A stretch of DNA of 64,000 nucleotides from an uncultured delta proteobacterium (lineage in GTDB: Bacteria > Desulfobacterota > Binatia > DP-6), in NCBI GenBank assembly GCA_963815115.1, contig CAWFFN010000009.1:1504001-1568000 (forward strand). Direction: 5' to 3'. The position numbers and the translations under genes were made by a program. This document shows positions 38,518-48,189 of this stretch, piece by piece; position 1 is the first letter of the stretch; each line of letters begins with the position of its first letter. The notes under the pieces were generated by a model. That model was not told the DNA's origin and made no database searches. It saw nothing but the letters and a program-made list of their open reading frames with translations.

Positions 38518-39114
38518 ATGGAGGACGTGCGATCCGACGTGGTGCACGTGCCAGCCAGCGTACGGTTCCCCGTGGAGCTCGTTCCTCCCGAGGGCTTCGA
38601 CCCCGCGCGCCTCGAGACCTGGCCGCGCGTGGAGGGTCGTCTCGAGTGGGTGGGCGGGAGGCTGCTCTACATGCCGCCGTGCGGGGAGACGCAGCAGGCG
38701 ACCGTGGCCGACGTAGTGGGGGTGCTCATCCCGTGGCAGCGCGCCCATCCCGAGTTCTCGGTGGGCACCAACGAAGCCGGCATGCGCCTCGGCGACGACA
38801 GCCGGGGCGCCGACGCTGGTGTCTGGCGGCAGCGACCGCAGCGCCGGGGATTCCGCCGGGAACCGCCCGTGCTGGCCGTCGAGGTGGCAGGTCAGGACGA
38901 AGACGCGGGCGCGCTACGGACCAAGGCGCGGTGGTATCTCGCGCACGGCGTCTCCGTCGTTTGGATCGTCTTGCCGGGCACGCGAGAGGTGCTGGCCGTC
39001 ACGTCGGCAGGCGAGACGCGCCACGAGGTCGGCGGCCGCCTGCCGCCGCATCCGGATCTACCCGAGCTCCAACCCGAGATCGCGGAGCTGTTCCGGCAGA
39101 TCTCGGCGCGCTAG
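38518..39114 (+). CDS. Uma2 family endonuclease-like protein
   Basis: RLEWVGGRLLYMPP, PPVLAVEV, K.RWYL..GVSVVWIV; alternative in-frame GTG at 38482. Confidence 0.85.
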   Translation: MEDVRSDVVHVPASVRFPVELVPPEGFDPARLETWPRVEGRLEWVGGRLLYMPPCGETQQATVADVVGVLIPWQRAHPEFSVGTNEAGMRLGDDSRGADAGVWRQRPQRRGFRREPPVLAVEVAGQDEDAGALRTKARWYLAHGVSVVWIVLPGTREVLAVTSAGETRHEVGGRLPPHPDLPELQPEIAELFRQISAR

Positions 39115-39124
39115 CCGCGCCGGA

Positions 39125-39215
39125 GTGTCACGATCGCCGCGCCCGGCGCCGCGACGGCGGACGAGGCCCGCGCCCTCCAGCACGCGAATGTGCTTCGAGA
39201 TGGCATCGAGCTTCT
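39125..39215 (-). pseudogene. Remnant of an ArsR-family winged HTH
   Basis: LDAISKHIRVLEGAGLVRRR..GR with no start or N-terminal part. Confidence 0.5.
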
Positions 39216-39253
39216 CGCGGCGGCTGCGGGCGGCACGACGTCGACGTGAGCCG

Positions 39254-40276
39254 TCAGCAGAGTCCGCGTCGCAGCATCTCCTCCGCGATCTGGACCGCGT
39301 TGGTGGCGGCGCCCTTGCGGAGATTGTCCGAGCACACGAAGAGCCACAGCCGGTCGCTGTCGAGGTCGCGGCGGATGCGCCCGACGAGCACCTCGTCCCG
39401 GCCGGCGGCGCGCGCGGGCGTCGGGAAGACGTTGCGTGCGGGATCGTCGACGACGGCGATCCCCGGGAAGGCGGCGAGCGCGCGGCGCGCGGCATCCGGG
39501 TCGAGGCGCTTCTGGGTCTCGACCAGGACCGAGAGGGAGTGCCCGACCGGCACCGGCACGCGAATGCACTGCATGGCGACGTCCAGCCCCGGCAGCCCGA
39601 GGATCTTGCGGGTCTCGAGGACGAGCTTCATCTCCTCGGTCGAGTAGCCGTCGTCCCTGAACGTCTCGCACAGGGGGAGCACGTTGTGGGCGATCGGCTC
39701 CGGGTAGAACTCGGCTCGCAGCGGCTCGCCGGCCACCAGCGCCGCGGTCTGCGCCTCGAGCTCCTCGACGCCGGGCTTGCCGGAGCCGCTGACCGACTGG
39801 AGCGTCGTCACCACCACACGCCCGAGGCCGGCCTCACGGTGCAGCGCCTCGAGAACCATGACGAAGGGGATCGTCGTGCAGTTCGGACACGAGACGATCC
39901 TCCGGTGACCATCGAGCGCGTCCGCGTTCACCTCCGGCACCACGAGCGGGACGCCGTCCGCCAGGCGCCAGGTGCTGGACTTGTCGATCGCGACGGCGCC
40001 GCGCTCGGCTGCCTCCGGGGCGAGCTCCTTCGAGAGCGTGCCCGTCGCGGCGAAGAAGACGAAGTCGGCGCCGTCGAGCGCCGCGGGACGCGCCACCTCC
40101 ACGCGATGGTCCCTCCCCCGGAAGCGAACGATCGCGCCGGCGGAACGTTCGCTCGCCAGGGGGCGCAGCTCGGCGACGGGGAAGGCACGCTCCTCCAGCA
40201 CCCGAAGGAGCACCTCGCCGACCGCACCCGTCGCGCCGGCCACGGCTACGACCCTGTCCCGTGAGGCCCTGGTCAC
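39254..40276 (-). CDS. asd: Aspartate-semialdehyde dehydrogenase
   Basis: GATGAVG, VPLVVPEVN, PNCTT, QSVSGSG, CIRVPVPVGHS, DNLRKGAATNAVQI. Confidence 0.96.
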   Translation of the reverse strand: MTRASRDRVVAVAGATGAVGEVLLRVLEERAFPVAELRPLASERSAGAIVRFRGRDHRVEVARPAALDGADFVFFAATGTLSKELAPEAAERGAVAIDKSSTWRLADGVPLVVPEVNADALDGHRRIVSCPNCTTIPFVMVLEALHREAGLGRVVVTTLQSVSGSGKPGVEELEAQTAALVAGEPLRAEFYPEPIAHNVLPLCETFRDDGYSTEEMKLVLETRKILGLPGLDVAMQCIRVPVPVGHSLSVLVETQKRLDPDAARRALAAFPGIAVVDDPARNVFPTPARAAGRDEVLVGRIRRDLDSDRLWLFVCSDNLRKGAATNAVQIAEEMLRRGLC

Positions 40277-40280
40277 GGTC

Positions 40281-40946
40281 TCATCCTAGCCGCACCGAGA
40301 TCACGACTCCATCGTCGAGGGGGACCTCGGTGCTGAAGTATCCATGGGCTGGATCGCGAACGTGCGCGCGGTAGCGGTCGTGGTGCGGGTCGTCCTTGCT
40401 CATGTCGGCAGCGACGAGCGCTCCCGGGCGCAGAGACGGCTCGAGCACCTCGAGCATCGGGAGGTAGAGGTCGTTCCAGCCGTCCAGGAAGAGCAGGTCG
40501 ATCGGACCGCCCAGGTCTCGAAGGGTCTCCAGTGCGTCTCCCAGCCGGAGCTCGACCACGTCGGCCAGTCCCGCATCGGCGAGATTGGCAGCCGCGTACT
40601 CGGCCTTCTCCGGCTGGAACTCGGTCGTGATCACCACCCCGTCGCCGGCGTCGCGAATCGCGCACGCCAGGTAGATGGTCGAAACGCCGAGCGAGGTGCC
40701 GAACTCGACGATGGTGCGGGCGCGCCGAGCGAGGGCGAGCACGTAGAGCAGCTCCCCGACCTCGTGCGTGATGGCGATCGGCGCCAGGCCGTAGAGATCG
40801 GCCCGCTCCCGGCCGTAGATCTTCCGCCCCGCTTCCGCCTCCCGCGCCCGCACCCGTCGCTTCGCCGGCTCGTCCAGCGCCCGGCCGGCTTGCCGCAGAC
40901 GAGCGAGCACCCGGGTCACGGCATCGGAGCGCAGGCTGGAGGTCAT
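40281..40946 (-). CDS. O-methyltransferase (class I SAM)
   Basis: VEFGTSLGVSTIYLA, GDALETL, DLLFLDGW. Confidence 0.9.
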   Translation of the reverse strand: MTSSLRSDAVTRVLARLRQAGRALDEPAKRRVRAREAEAGRKIYGRERADLYGLAPIAITHEVGELLYVLALARRARTIVEFGTSLGVSTIYLACAIRDAGDGVVITTEFQPEKAEYAAANLADAGLADVVELRLGDALETLRDLGGPIDLLFLDGWNDLYLPMLEVLEPSLRPGALVAADMSKDDPHHDRYRAHVRDPAHGYFSTEVPLDDGVVISVRLG

Positions 40947-40962
40947 CGAGCGGGAGCGTCGT

Positions 40963-42420
40963 TCACGCCACGTCGGGCGGCGGCGAGAATCCGCCCAGCA
41001 CCTTCGTCACGTGACGCGCGATCGCGAGCGTGGTGCGATCCTCGAGGTAGGGGCCGACGATCTGGATGCCGACCGGCAGGCCGCCGCGCGTGCGGCCGAC
41101 CGGGACCACCGTGGCCGGCAGGTAGGCGAGGGTGGCGAGCGTGATCCATCCGAACAGGTCCGTGTAGTCCCGATCGTGCCCGTTCACCCGGATCGTCCGC
41201 GCGGTGAACGGCTCGCTGTGATCGTGCGGGATCGCCGGCACGACGGCGACCGGCATCAGCAACGCGTCGAAGCCGCGGAAGAAGGCGGCCATGCGGGCCC
41301 GCAGCCGCTCGCGCTCCTCGTGGGCGAACAGCCAGTCGCGATGGCGGAGAGTGGCGAAGCGGACGCTGCGCGCCAGCGGGCTGTCGTCGTCCGGCGGAAG
41401 CGTCTGGGCGAGGGCGGCGAAGCCGTCGAAGTTCTCCTGGGGCATCATGCCGAGCAGGATCGGGTAGAGGAGCTGCTGGTACGTCCGCACGAGGTCCGGC
41501 AGCGCGATGTCGGGCCGCGCGTCGCGAACGCTCGCGCCATCCTCCCGGAGCGCTGCCGCCGCGCGCTCGAGGCACGTCCGGACGTCCGCGTCGACCGGGT
41601 AGGCAGGATCGTCGAGCCAGGTGGCGAGGCGGAACTCCCGCGCGGCCGTCCTGCGCGCCGGCGGCAGCTCGAGACGCCAGCCCGCGGTCTGGTGGCCGTC
41701 CGGTCCGGCGAGCACGTCGAGCGCGAGCTCGAGGTCCTCGGCGGTGCGAGCGATCGGGCCCATCACGCCGAGATCCGTGTCCGCGAGCGTGCCGGGAGGC
41801 GGCGGCAGGTGCCCGCGCTGCGGGACGATGCCCCAGGTCGGCTTGTGACCGCAGACACCGCACCAGTTGGACGGCACGCGGATGGAGCCGCCGATGTCGC
41901 TGCCGAGCTCCATCGCCGTCAGCCCGGTGGCGACGGCCGCGGCCGCCCCGCCGGACGACCCGCCCGTCGTTCGCGCGTGATCCCAGGGATTGTGCGTGAC
42001 GCCGAAGATCGGGTTGTAGGTCTGCCAGTCGCTCGCCAGCGACGGCACGTTGGTCTTGCCGATGATCACGGCGCCGGCGTCGCGCAGGCGGTGCACCGCC
42101 TCGGCGTCCTCGGCGGGCACGTGCTCGCTCCAGGCCGCGAACCCGCACGTCGTGCGCACGCCGGCCGTCTCGTAGGTGTCCTTGATGGTCATCGGCACGC
42201 CGTGCAGCGGCCCCAGCCGGCCGTTGCGAGCGACGGCCGCGTCGGCTGCGTCGGCGGCCCGGCGCGCGCCCTCGACGTCGAGCGTCACGACGGCGTTGAG
42301 CTTCGGGTTCAGGCGTTCGATGCGCCCGAGGTAGTGGTCCAGTACCTCGCGGCTCGAGAGCTCGCGACGTCGGATGGCGGCCGCCAGGTCGCTGGCGGAT
42401 CGGAACGCGATGTCGGACAT
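40963..42420 (-). CDS. Amidase signature family enzyme
   Basis: GPLHGVPMTIKD, GGSSGG, GSDIGGSIRVP. Confidence 0.95.
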   Translation of the reverse strand: MSDIAFRSASDLAAAIRRRELSSREVLDHYLGRIERLNPKLNAVVTLDVEGARRAADAADAAVARNGRLGPLHGVPMTIKDTYETAGVRTTCGFAAWSEHVPAEDAEAVHRLRDAGAVIIGKTNVPSLASDWQTYNPIFGVTHNPWDHARTTGGSSGGAAAAVATGLTAMELGSDIGGSIRVPSNWCGVCGHKPTWGIVPQRGHLPPPPGTLADTDLGVMGPIARTAEDLELALDVLAGPDGHQTAGWRLELPPARRTAAREFRLATWLDDPAYPVDADVRTCLERAAAALREDGASVRDARPDIALPDLVRTYQQLLYPILLGMMPQENFDGFAALAQTLPPDDDSPLARSVRFATLRHRDWLFAHEERERLRARMAAFFRGFDALLMPVAVVPAIPHDHSEPFTARTIRVNGHDRDYTDLFGWITLATLAYLPATVVPVGRTRGGLPVGIQIVGPYLEDRTTLAIARHVTKVLGGFSPPPDVA

Positions 42421-42423
42421 GAC

Positions 42424-43290
42424 TCACCTCCCCAGAAGTGCGCTCGCCGTCCCGATGACGGTGACGGTCCCATCGGTCTTGGTGCTCCAGACGTCGAGAA
42501 GCGCGCGGCGCTGGGCTCCCTCCGGCACGATCTCGCGGACGAGCCCCCTCGCCGTGATCGTGTCGCCCGGCCACACGACGTTCACCAGGCGGACGTCGAG
42601 CTTGCCGCCGTGGTGCCAGCCGGCGCCGTAGCGCAGGGCCAGCGCATCGGCGACGAAGCACACGGACATCATTCCCTGCACGACGATGTCCGGAAAGCCG
42701 AGCGCGCGCGCCATCTCCCGATCGGTGTGGTAGTTGCGGCCGGGTCCCGAGAACGCCTGGCACATCTCGTGGGTGACCGCGCGCGTCCGGGGTGGCAGCG
42801 CCTCGCCCGGTCCATCCGGCAGCTCGAAGCGGCGCTCGGGACGGCGCTCGCGGTCCTTGTCGACCACCAGCGCCTCGCCTGGATCGTCGGCGACGAAGCT
42901 CTGGTGCGTGCGGCTGCGCTGCAGCCAGCGGCCGGCGGGCGTCGTCCACAGGACCTCGGCGACGACGTAGTCGCGGCTGCGCTTGCGATAGCGCTCGACG
43001 ACGGTGACGTGCGAGCGTACCGGATCGCCCACCCGCATCGGATGGAACAGCTCCCACTCCTGACGGGCATGGAGGTTGCCGATCAGATTCGGCAGGTACC
43101 AGGAGAGGTCCCGGTAGACCTCGGAGTGGTAGCAGAGCGCCGGTGCGGAGTCGCCGGGCAGGTCGTCCCCCGCCGTACCGGCCCGGTAGCGGTCGACGTC
43201 CGCGCTCGCGACGCACAGCTCACGGCCGCCGACGTCCTGGCCGACGTGCACCTCCCGAGGGGCGAACAGCGGGGTCGCGGTCGAGGGCAC
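42424..43290 (-). CDS. Double-hotdog MaoC-family dehydratase/hydratase
   Basis: LHARQEWE N-terminal hotdog; NYHTD...A..GFPDIVVQGMM C-terminal; start uncertain. Confidence 0.8.
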   Translation of the reverse strand: MPSTATPLFAPREVHVGQDVGGRELCVASADVDRYRAGTAGDDLPGDSAPALCYHSEVYRDLSWYLPNLIGNLHARQEWELFHPMRVGDPVRSHVTVVERYRKRSRDYVVAEVLWTTPAGRWLQRSRTHQSFVADDPGEALVVDKDRERRPERRFELPDGPGEALPPRTRAVTHEMCQAFSGPGRNYHTDREMARALGFPDIVVQGMMSVCFVADALALRYGAGWHHGGKLDVRLVNVVWPGDTITARGLVREIVPEGAQRRALLDVWSTKTDGTVTVIGTASALLGR

Positions 43291-43344
43291 GGCCCAAGCT
43301 AGCGTAGCTTCGGCCGGGCTGCCAGGTGTATCTCCGGAAGCTGC

Positions 43345-43938
43345 ATGGCGATCTACCTCCTGCGACACGCCGAGACCGACGGCAATGCGACCCGCGTCGT
43401 CCAGCTCCCCGGAGCCCCGCTCAGCGTCCGCGGCCGCGATCAGGCCGCACGGCTCGCCCGGCGGCTCGCCGGGGCCGGCATCGTGCGAATCGTGTCGAGC
43501 GATCTGGCGCGAGCGCTCGAGACGGCTGACGCCCTGCGTGCAACGACCGGCGCGCCCCTCGACGTCGATCCGACGCTCGCCGAGCGCAACTACGGCGACG
43601 TCCGCGGTACGCCGTACAGCCAGCTCCCGGAGGACATCTTCGCTCCCGGCTACGAGCCGCCCGGGGGCGAGACCTGGGCGGTGTTCCACGCCCGCGTCGA
43701 CGACGCGTGGGACCGCCTGCTGCACGTCGCCGCCGACACCGACGGCCATCTCGCGGTCGTGACCCACGGCCTCGTCTGCGAGGCGATCCTCGACCGCCAC
43801 CTCGGCGGCGCGCCGGACGACGACGTCCGGCGCTGGGGCAACACGGCCGTGACCCTCGTCGAGCCGCCGAGGACGGTCCGGCTTCTCGGGTGCACCGCGC
43901 ACCTCGACGACGGCGCGGCCCACGGCGGCGCCGTCTAG
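43345..43938 (+). CDS. Histidine phosphatase family protein
   Basis: LLRHAET, SSDLARALET, ERNYG, VVTHG. Confidence 0.92.
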   Translation: MAIYLLRHAETDGNATRVVQLPGAPLSVRGRDQAARLARRLAGAGIVRIVSSDLARALETADALRATTGAPLDVDPTLAERNYGDVRGTPYSQLPEDIFAPGYEPPGGETWAVFHARVDDAWDRLLHVAADTDGHLAVVTHGLVCEAILDRHLGGAPDDDVRRWGNTAVTLVEPPRTVRLLGCTAHLDDGAAHGGAV

Positions 43939-44081
43939 CCGATCCTGCCCGCGAGGCCAGCGTGCCTCCATCGAGGCGCGGCCTCGGCTTGACGACTCCC
44001 ATTCGCAGAGGGCAAGACGTCGACCGTCCGTTCGCGACCGCGCCGTACAGAGGAGCACGCCGCGCCCCACTGCACCCCAAG

Positions 44082-44441
44082 ATGAGGCCCGGCAGCATCA
44101 GGCTGGTCGTCCGGCGGTTCGTGCCAGCGCCGTTACGCAGTCTTCGTGGACTCCGGGCGAATCGCCGGGCGAGTCCCGCCGGGCTCTTCGGGCGTATCTA
44201 CCGCGACAAGCTCTGGGGCGAAGGGAAGCACGAATTCTTCTCTGGCGTCGGGAGCTACACGCCCGACGTCATCGAGCCGTACGTGACCGCCGTGCGTGTC
44301 TTCCTGTCACGGTTCTCGTCGCTCCCGGTCGTGGTCGACGTCGGCTGCGGCGATTTCGTCGCCGGCCGCAGGCTCGCTGACCTGACGGCCCCGGCTAGCG
44401 CGGCCGCCAGACCACCGGCATGGTCTCGATGCCGACGATGA
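44082..44441 (+). pseudogene. Truncated class I SAM methyltransferase
   Basis: FGRIYRDKLWG..FFSGVGS..VVDVGCGDF, then runs into the 3' end of the convergent P450 just after motif I. Confidence 0.65.
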
Positions 44442-45585
44442 AGTTCGACGGCCGCCGCGGCAGGGGGTCGTCGGTGGCGAGCTCGAGATCGGGGAGATGC
44501 CGCAGCACCTCCTCGAAGAACACGCGCAGCTCCAGGCGCGCCAGGCTGGCGCCCAGGCAGTAGTGCGCGCCGAATCCGAAGGCGACGTGCTCGTTCGGGG
44601 TGCGCGCCGGGTCGAACACGTCGGGATCGCTGAACTGGCGCGGGTCGCGGTTGGCGGATGCATAGAGGAGCATCATCTTGTCGCCCTCGCGGATGCGCTC
44701 CCCGCACAGCGTGACGTCGCGCGTGGCGGTCCGGTTCATGTTCTGGATCGGCGTCACCCAGCGCAGCATCTCCTCGATGGCGAGCGGGATCCGCTCCGCC
44801 TCGCGGGCGAGCGCCTCGCGCAGGTCGGGATGACGGATGAGCTGCTCCATGCCGCCGCTGAGCACGTGGCGAGTGGTCTCGTCGCCGCCGACCAGGATCA
44901 GCAGGCTCTCCTGCAGGATGTCCTCGTCGCTCAGGCGCTGGCCGTCGATCTCCGCGTGCACCACGACGCTGACGAGATCGTCGCGCGGCCGGAGCCGGCG
45001 ATCGGCGACGACCCGCCGGTGGTAGTCGGCGTACTCGAAGAAGGCGTCGCTGGCGCGCTGCAGGAGCTCGGGCGCCGCCGAGGCGGAAAGCCCGCAGATC
45101 ATGGCGTCCGACCAGCGCAGCAGCAGGTCACGGTCCTCGGGCTCCACGCCCAGCAGATCGCCGATCACGATCATCGGCAGCGGCGCCGCCAGGTCGTGCA
45201 CGAAATCGCAGGCCCCGCGCTCGGCGACACGCGCGATCAGCTCCCTGCAGACCTCGCGGATGCGCGGCTCGTGGTGCGCCACCCGGCGCGGCGTGAAGCC
45301 GCGGTTCACGAGGTTGCGCCGTTGCTTGTGCAGTGGATCGTCGAGATTGATCATCGACGGGATCGCCGGCGAGTCGGGCCGTGAACCGTGGCGCGAGCAG
45401 AAGGTCGGCGGATCGCGTGAGAGCGCCATCACGTCCTCGTAGCGCGTCACCCCCCAGATGCCACCCGCCTCGTCCCAGTAGACGGGCGCGTGCTCGCGCA
45501 TCCACCGGAAGTGCGGGTGCGGATCGTCGGCGTAGAACCGACCGTCGAGCAGGTGGATGGCCGGGTTGTTCGCGTGAGCGGGCAC
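44395..45585 (-). CDS. Cytochrome P450, CYP142-like
   Basis: LILVGGDETTRH I-helix, EEMLR, FGFGAHYCLG heme motif, RPSNFIVGIETMPV; resembles mycobacterial CYP142 as recalled. Confidence 0.93.
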   Translation of the reverse strand: MPAHANNPAIHLLDGRFYADDPHPHFRWMREHAPVYWDEAGGIWGVTRYEDVMALSRDPPTFCSRHGSRPDSPAIPSMINLDDPLHKQRRNLVNRGFTPRRVAHHEPRIREVCRELIARVAERGACDFVHDLAAPLPMIVIGDLLGVEPEDRDLLLRWSDAMICGLSASAAPELLQRASDAFFEYADYHRRVVADRRLRPRDDLVSVVVHAEIDGQRLSDEDILQESLLILVGGDETTRHVLSGGMEQLIRHPDLREALAREAERIPLAIEEMLRWVTPIQNMNRTATRDVTLCGERIREGDKMMLLYASANRDPRQFSDPDVFDPARTPNEHVAFGFGAHYCLGASLARLELRVFFEEVLRHLPDLELATDDPLPRRPSNFIVGIETMPVVWRPR

Positions 45586-45710
45586 GTGCGGGCCGGTCGG
45601 GCGCCGGTGACGCAGGGGGTAGTCCACCAGCCGCGCGCGTGTCAACAATCGCAACGGCCATGGCACGCTCAGGTTTGACCTCGCCGACCGGCCTGGGCTA
45701 ACCGAGACGC

Positions 45711-46553
45711 ATGCGAGAGCTGAAGAACAAGGTCGTGGTCATCACCGGCGGCGCGAGTGGAATCGGTCGCGCGCTCGCCGATCGCTTTGCCGCCGAGGGT
45801 TCGACGATCGTGCTGGCCGACATCGAGCCGAAGGCGCTCGAGGAGGCGGCCGCCGCGGTTCGCGCCGGCGGCGCGACGGTGCTCGCGGTGCCCACCGACG
45901 TGAGCAAGCCGGAGCAGGTGCAGGCGCTGTGCGACCGGACCGTGGCCGAGTTCGGCCGCGTCGACGTGGTGTGCAACAACGCCGGCGTGGCGGTGAGCGG
46001 CCCCGCGTGGGAGCACACGCTGGCCGACTGGCAGTGGGTGCTCGACGTGAACCTGTGGGGTGTCATCCACGGCGTGCGCACCTTCGTCCCCGTGATGCTG
46101 CGGCAGGGCGGGGAGGCACACATCGTCAATACCGGCTCGGTGGCCGGGCTCACCAGCAACCCGTTCATGAGCATCTACAACGTGACCAAGCACGCGGTGG
46201 TCACGCTGTCCGAGACCTTGCACAAGGATCTCGGTCTGCTCGGGGCGCCCATCAAGGTCTCCGTGCTCTGTCCGGGCTTCGTGCAGACTCGGATCATGGA
46301 CGCGGAGCGCAATCGACCCGCGAATCTCCAGAACGCCACGCCCGCCGAGCACAACCCGCAGCTCGAGGGGATGGCGCGGGCCGCGATCGCCGCCGGGCTT
46401 CCGCCTGCCGAGGCCGCGGCGCAGGTCATCGACGCCGTCAAGCACGAGCGCTTCTACGTCCTCACCCACCCGGAGTTCGCGGCGCGCGTCCGCGAGCGCA
46501 TGGAGGACGTCCTCGAGGCCCGCAATCCGTCGCCGGCCCTGATGCTCGCCTGA
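45711..46553 (+). CDS. SDR family oxidoreductase
   Basis: TGGASGIG, NNAG, YNVTK. Confidence 0.93.
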   Translation: MRELKNKVVVITGGASGIGRALADRFAAEGSTIVLADIEPKALEEAAAAVRAGGATVLAVPTDVSKPEQVQALCDRTVAEFGRVDVVCNNAGVAVSGPAWEHTLADWQWVLDVNLWGVIHGVRTFVPVMLRQGGEAHIVNTGSVAGLTSNPFMSIYNVTKHAVVTLSETLHKDLGLLGAPIKVSVLCPGFVQTRIMDAERNRPANLQNATPAEHNPQLEGMARAAIAAGLPPAEAAAQVIDAVKHERFYVLTHPEFAARVRERMEDVLEARNPSPALMLA

Positions 46554-46568
46554 GCGCAGCCCTCGAGC

Positions 46569-48185
46569 ATGCAGCCGTTCGCGCCGTGGGTGTGGCAGAT
46601 CCCGGAGCGCTTCAACATCGGGGTGGCGTGCACCGACGCGCACCTCGACACGCCGGTGGCCACGCGCGAGGCCGTGATCGTGGACCGCGACGAAAGGGCT
46701 CCGGAGGTCCACACCTTCGTGGAGCTGGCGGCGCAGACCAGTCGCTTCGCGGAGCTCCTGCGCCAGATCGCGTGCGCCGCCGGCGACCGGGTGCTCATCC
46801 GGCTTCCCAACTGCCTCGCGTACCCGACCGCCTTTCTGGGCGCCCTCAAGCGCGGGGCCGTGCCCGTCCCCACGTCGAGCCAGCTCACGGTGGACGAGGT
46901 GCGCTTCCTGGCCGTCGACTCCGGAGCCGCGGTCCTGGTCACCGACCGGTCCACGTGGAGTACGATGGGAGCGGCGCTCGAGCAGGGGACGGCGCTGCGC
47001 GAGGTGCTGCTGGTCGGCGACGGACCGCCACCCGCCGCGCGGCAACTCCACGCGCGCGCCCTCGAGCCGGTGCTGGCGGCGATCGAGCGCTGGGAGCCTC
47101 CGCATCCCACGCGCGCCGAGGATCCCGCCTATCTCGTCTACACCTCGGGAACCACCGGCTACCCGAAAGGCGTGGTGCACGCGCATCGCGCGCTGCTCGG
47201 GCGCCAGCCCTCGTCGGAGTACTGGTTCGACTTCGACCCGGCGGGCGACCGCGTGCTGCACGCCGGCCAGTACAACTGGACCTACGTCCTCGGGACCGGG
47301 CTCATGGATCCGCTGTACCGCGGTCACACGACGATCGTGCACGAGGGCGTTCCCGATGCCACGCGCTGGCCTGCACGCATCGCGCGCCACCGGGCGACCA
47401 TCTTTATCGGCGTGCCGACGATCTACCGTCAGATCCTGCAGAAGACCGCGTTCGGGCGGGCCGACGTTCCCACGCTGCGACACTGCATGAGCGCCGGCGA
47501 GCAGCTCTCCGCCGAGGTGCTCGCCGCCTGGCGCGAGCGCTTCGGCCTCGAGGTCTACGAGGCGCTGGGGATGACCGAGTGCTCGTACTATCTGTGCGAG
47601 ACCCGGTCACGGCCCATCCGTCCGGGCTCGGCGGGATTCGTGCAGCCGGGACATCGCGTGCGGCTGCTCGATCCGGACACGCTGGCCGAGGTGCCGGACG
47701 GCGAGGAGGGCATGCTCTGCATCCAGCGCGACGACCCCGGGCTCATGCTCGGTTACTGGCAGCAGCCCGAGGAGACCGCGGCGTGCTTCCGCGGCGACTG
47801 GTTCGTCACCGGCGACTACGCGCGCCGTGACGAGGACGGCTACATCTGGTTCCTCGGCCGCCGCGACGACCTGATCAACACGTTCGGCTACCGCGTGTCG
47901 CCCCACGAGGTGGAACGCGTGCTGAAGGGTCACCCCGAGGTCGCCGATGCTGCGGCCGTCGGCGAGACGGTGGGGGCGGAGAAGGTTCTCGTCGCGGCGT
48001 ACGTGGTGCCGCGATCGCCTGCACTCGCGCCCGGCGCCGTCCTGGCCTACGCCCGCGAGCATCTCGCCGCCTACAAGGCACCGCGCCTGGTCTACCTGGT
48101 GAACGACCTGCCGCGGACGCGGAACGGCAAGGTGCAGCGGCGCGCGCTGCGTCCCGCCGACGCGGTGGCGCGTGCCTCGTCGTGA
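46569..48185 (+). CDS. Acyl-CoA synthetase (benzoate/medium-chain CoA ligase-like)
   Basis: YTSGTTGYPKG, SAGE, GMTE, TGD, LPRTRNGK. Confidence 0.92.
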   Translation: MQPFAPWVWQIPERFNIGVACTDAHLDTPVATREAVIVDRDERAPEVHTFVELAAQTSRFAELLRQIACAAGDRVLIRLPNCLAYPTAFLGALKRGAVPVPTSSQLTVDEVRFLAVDSGAAVLVTDRSTWSTMGAALEQGTALREVLLVGDGPPPAARQLHARALEPVLAAIERWEPPHPTRAEDPAYLVYTSGTTGYPKGVVHAHRALLGRQPSSEYWFDFDPAGDRVLHAGQYNWTYVLGTGLMDPLYRGHTTIVHEGVPDATRWPARIARHRATIFIGVPTIYRQILQKTAFGRADVPTLRHCMSAGEQLSAEVLAAWRERFGLEVYEALGMTECSYYLCETRSRPIRPGSAGFVQPGHRVRLLDPDTLAEVPDGEEGMLCIQRDDPGLMLGYWQQPEETAACFRGDWFVTGDYARRDEDGYIWFLGRRDDLINTFGYRVSPHEVERVLKGHPEVADAAAVGETVGAEKVLVAAYVVPRSPALAPGAVLAYAREHLAAYKAPRLVYLVNDLPRTRNGKVQRRALRPADAVARASS

Positions 48186-48189
48186 GGGC

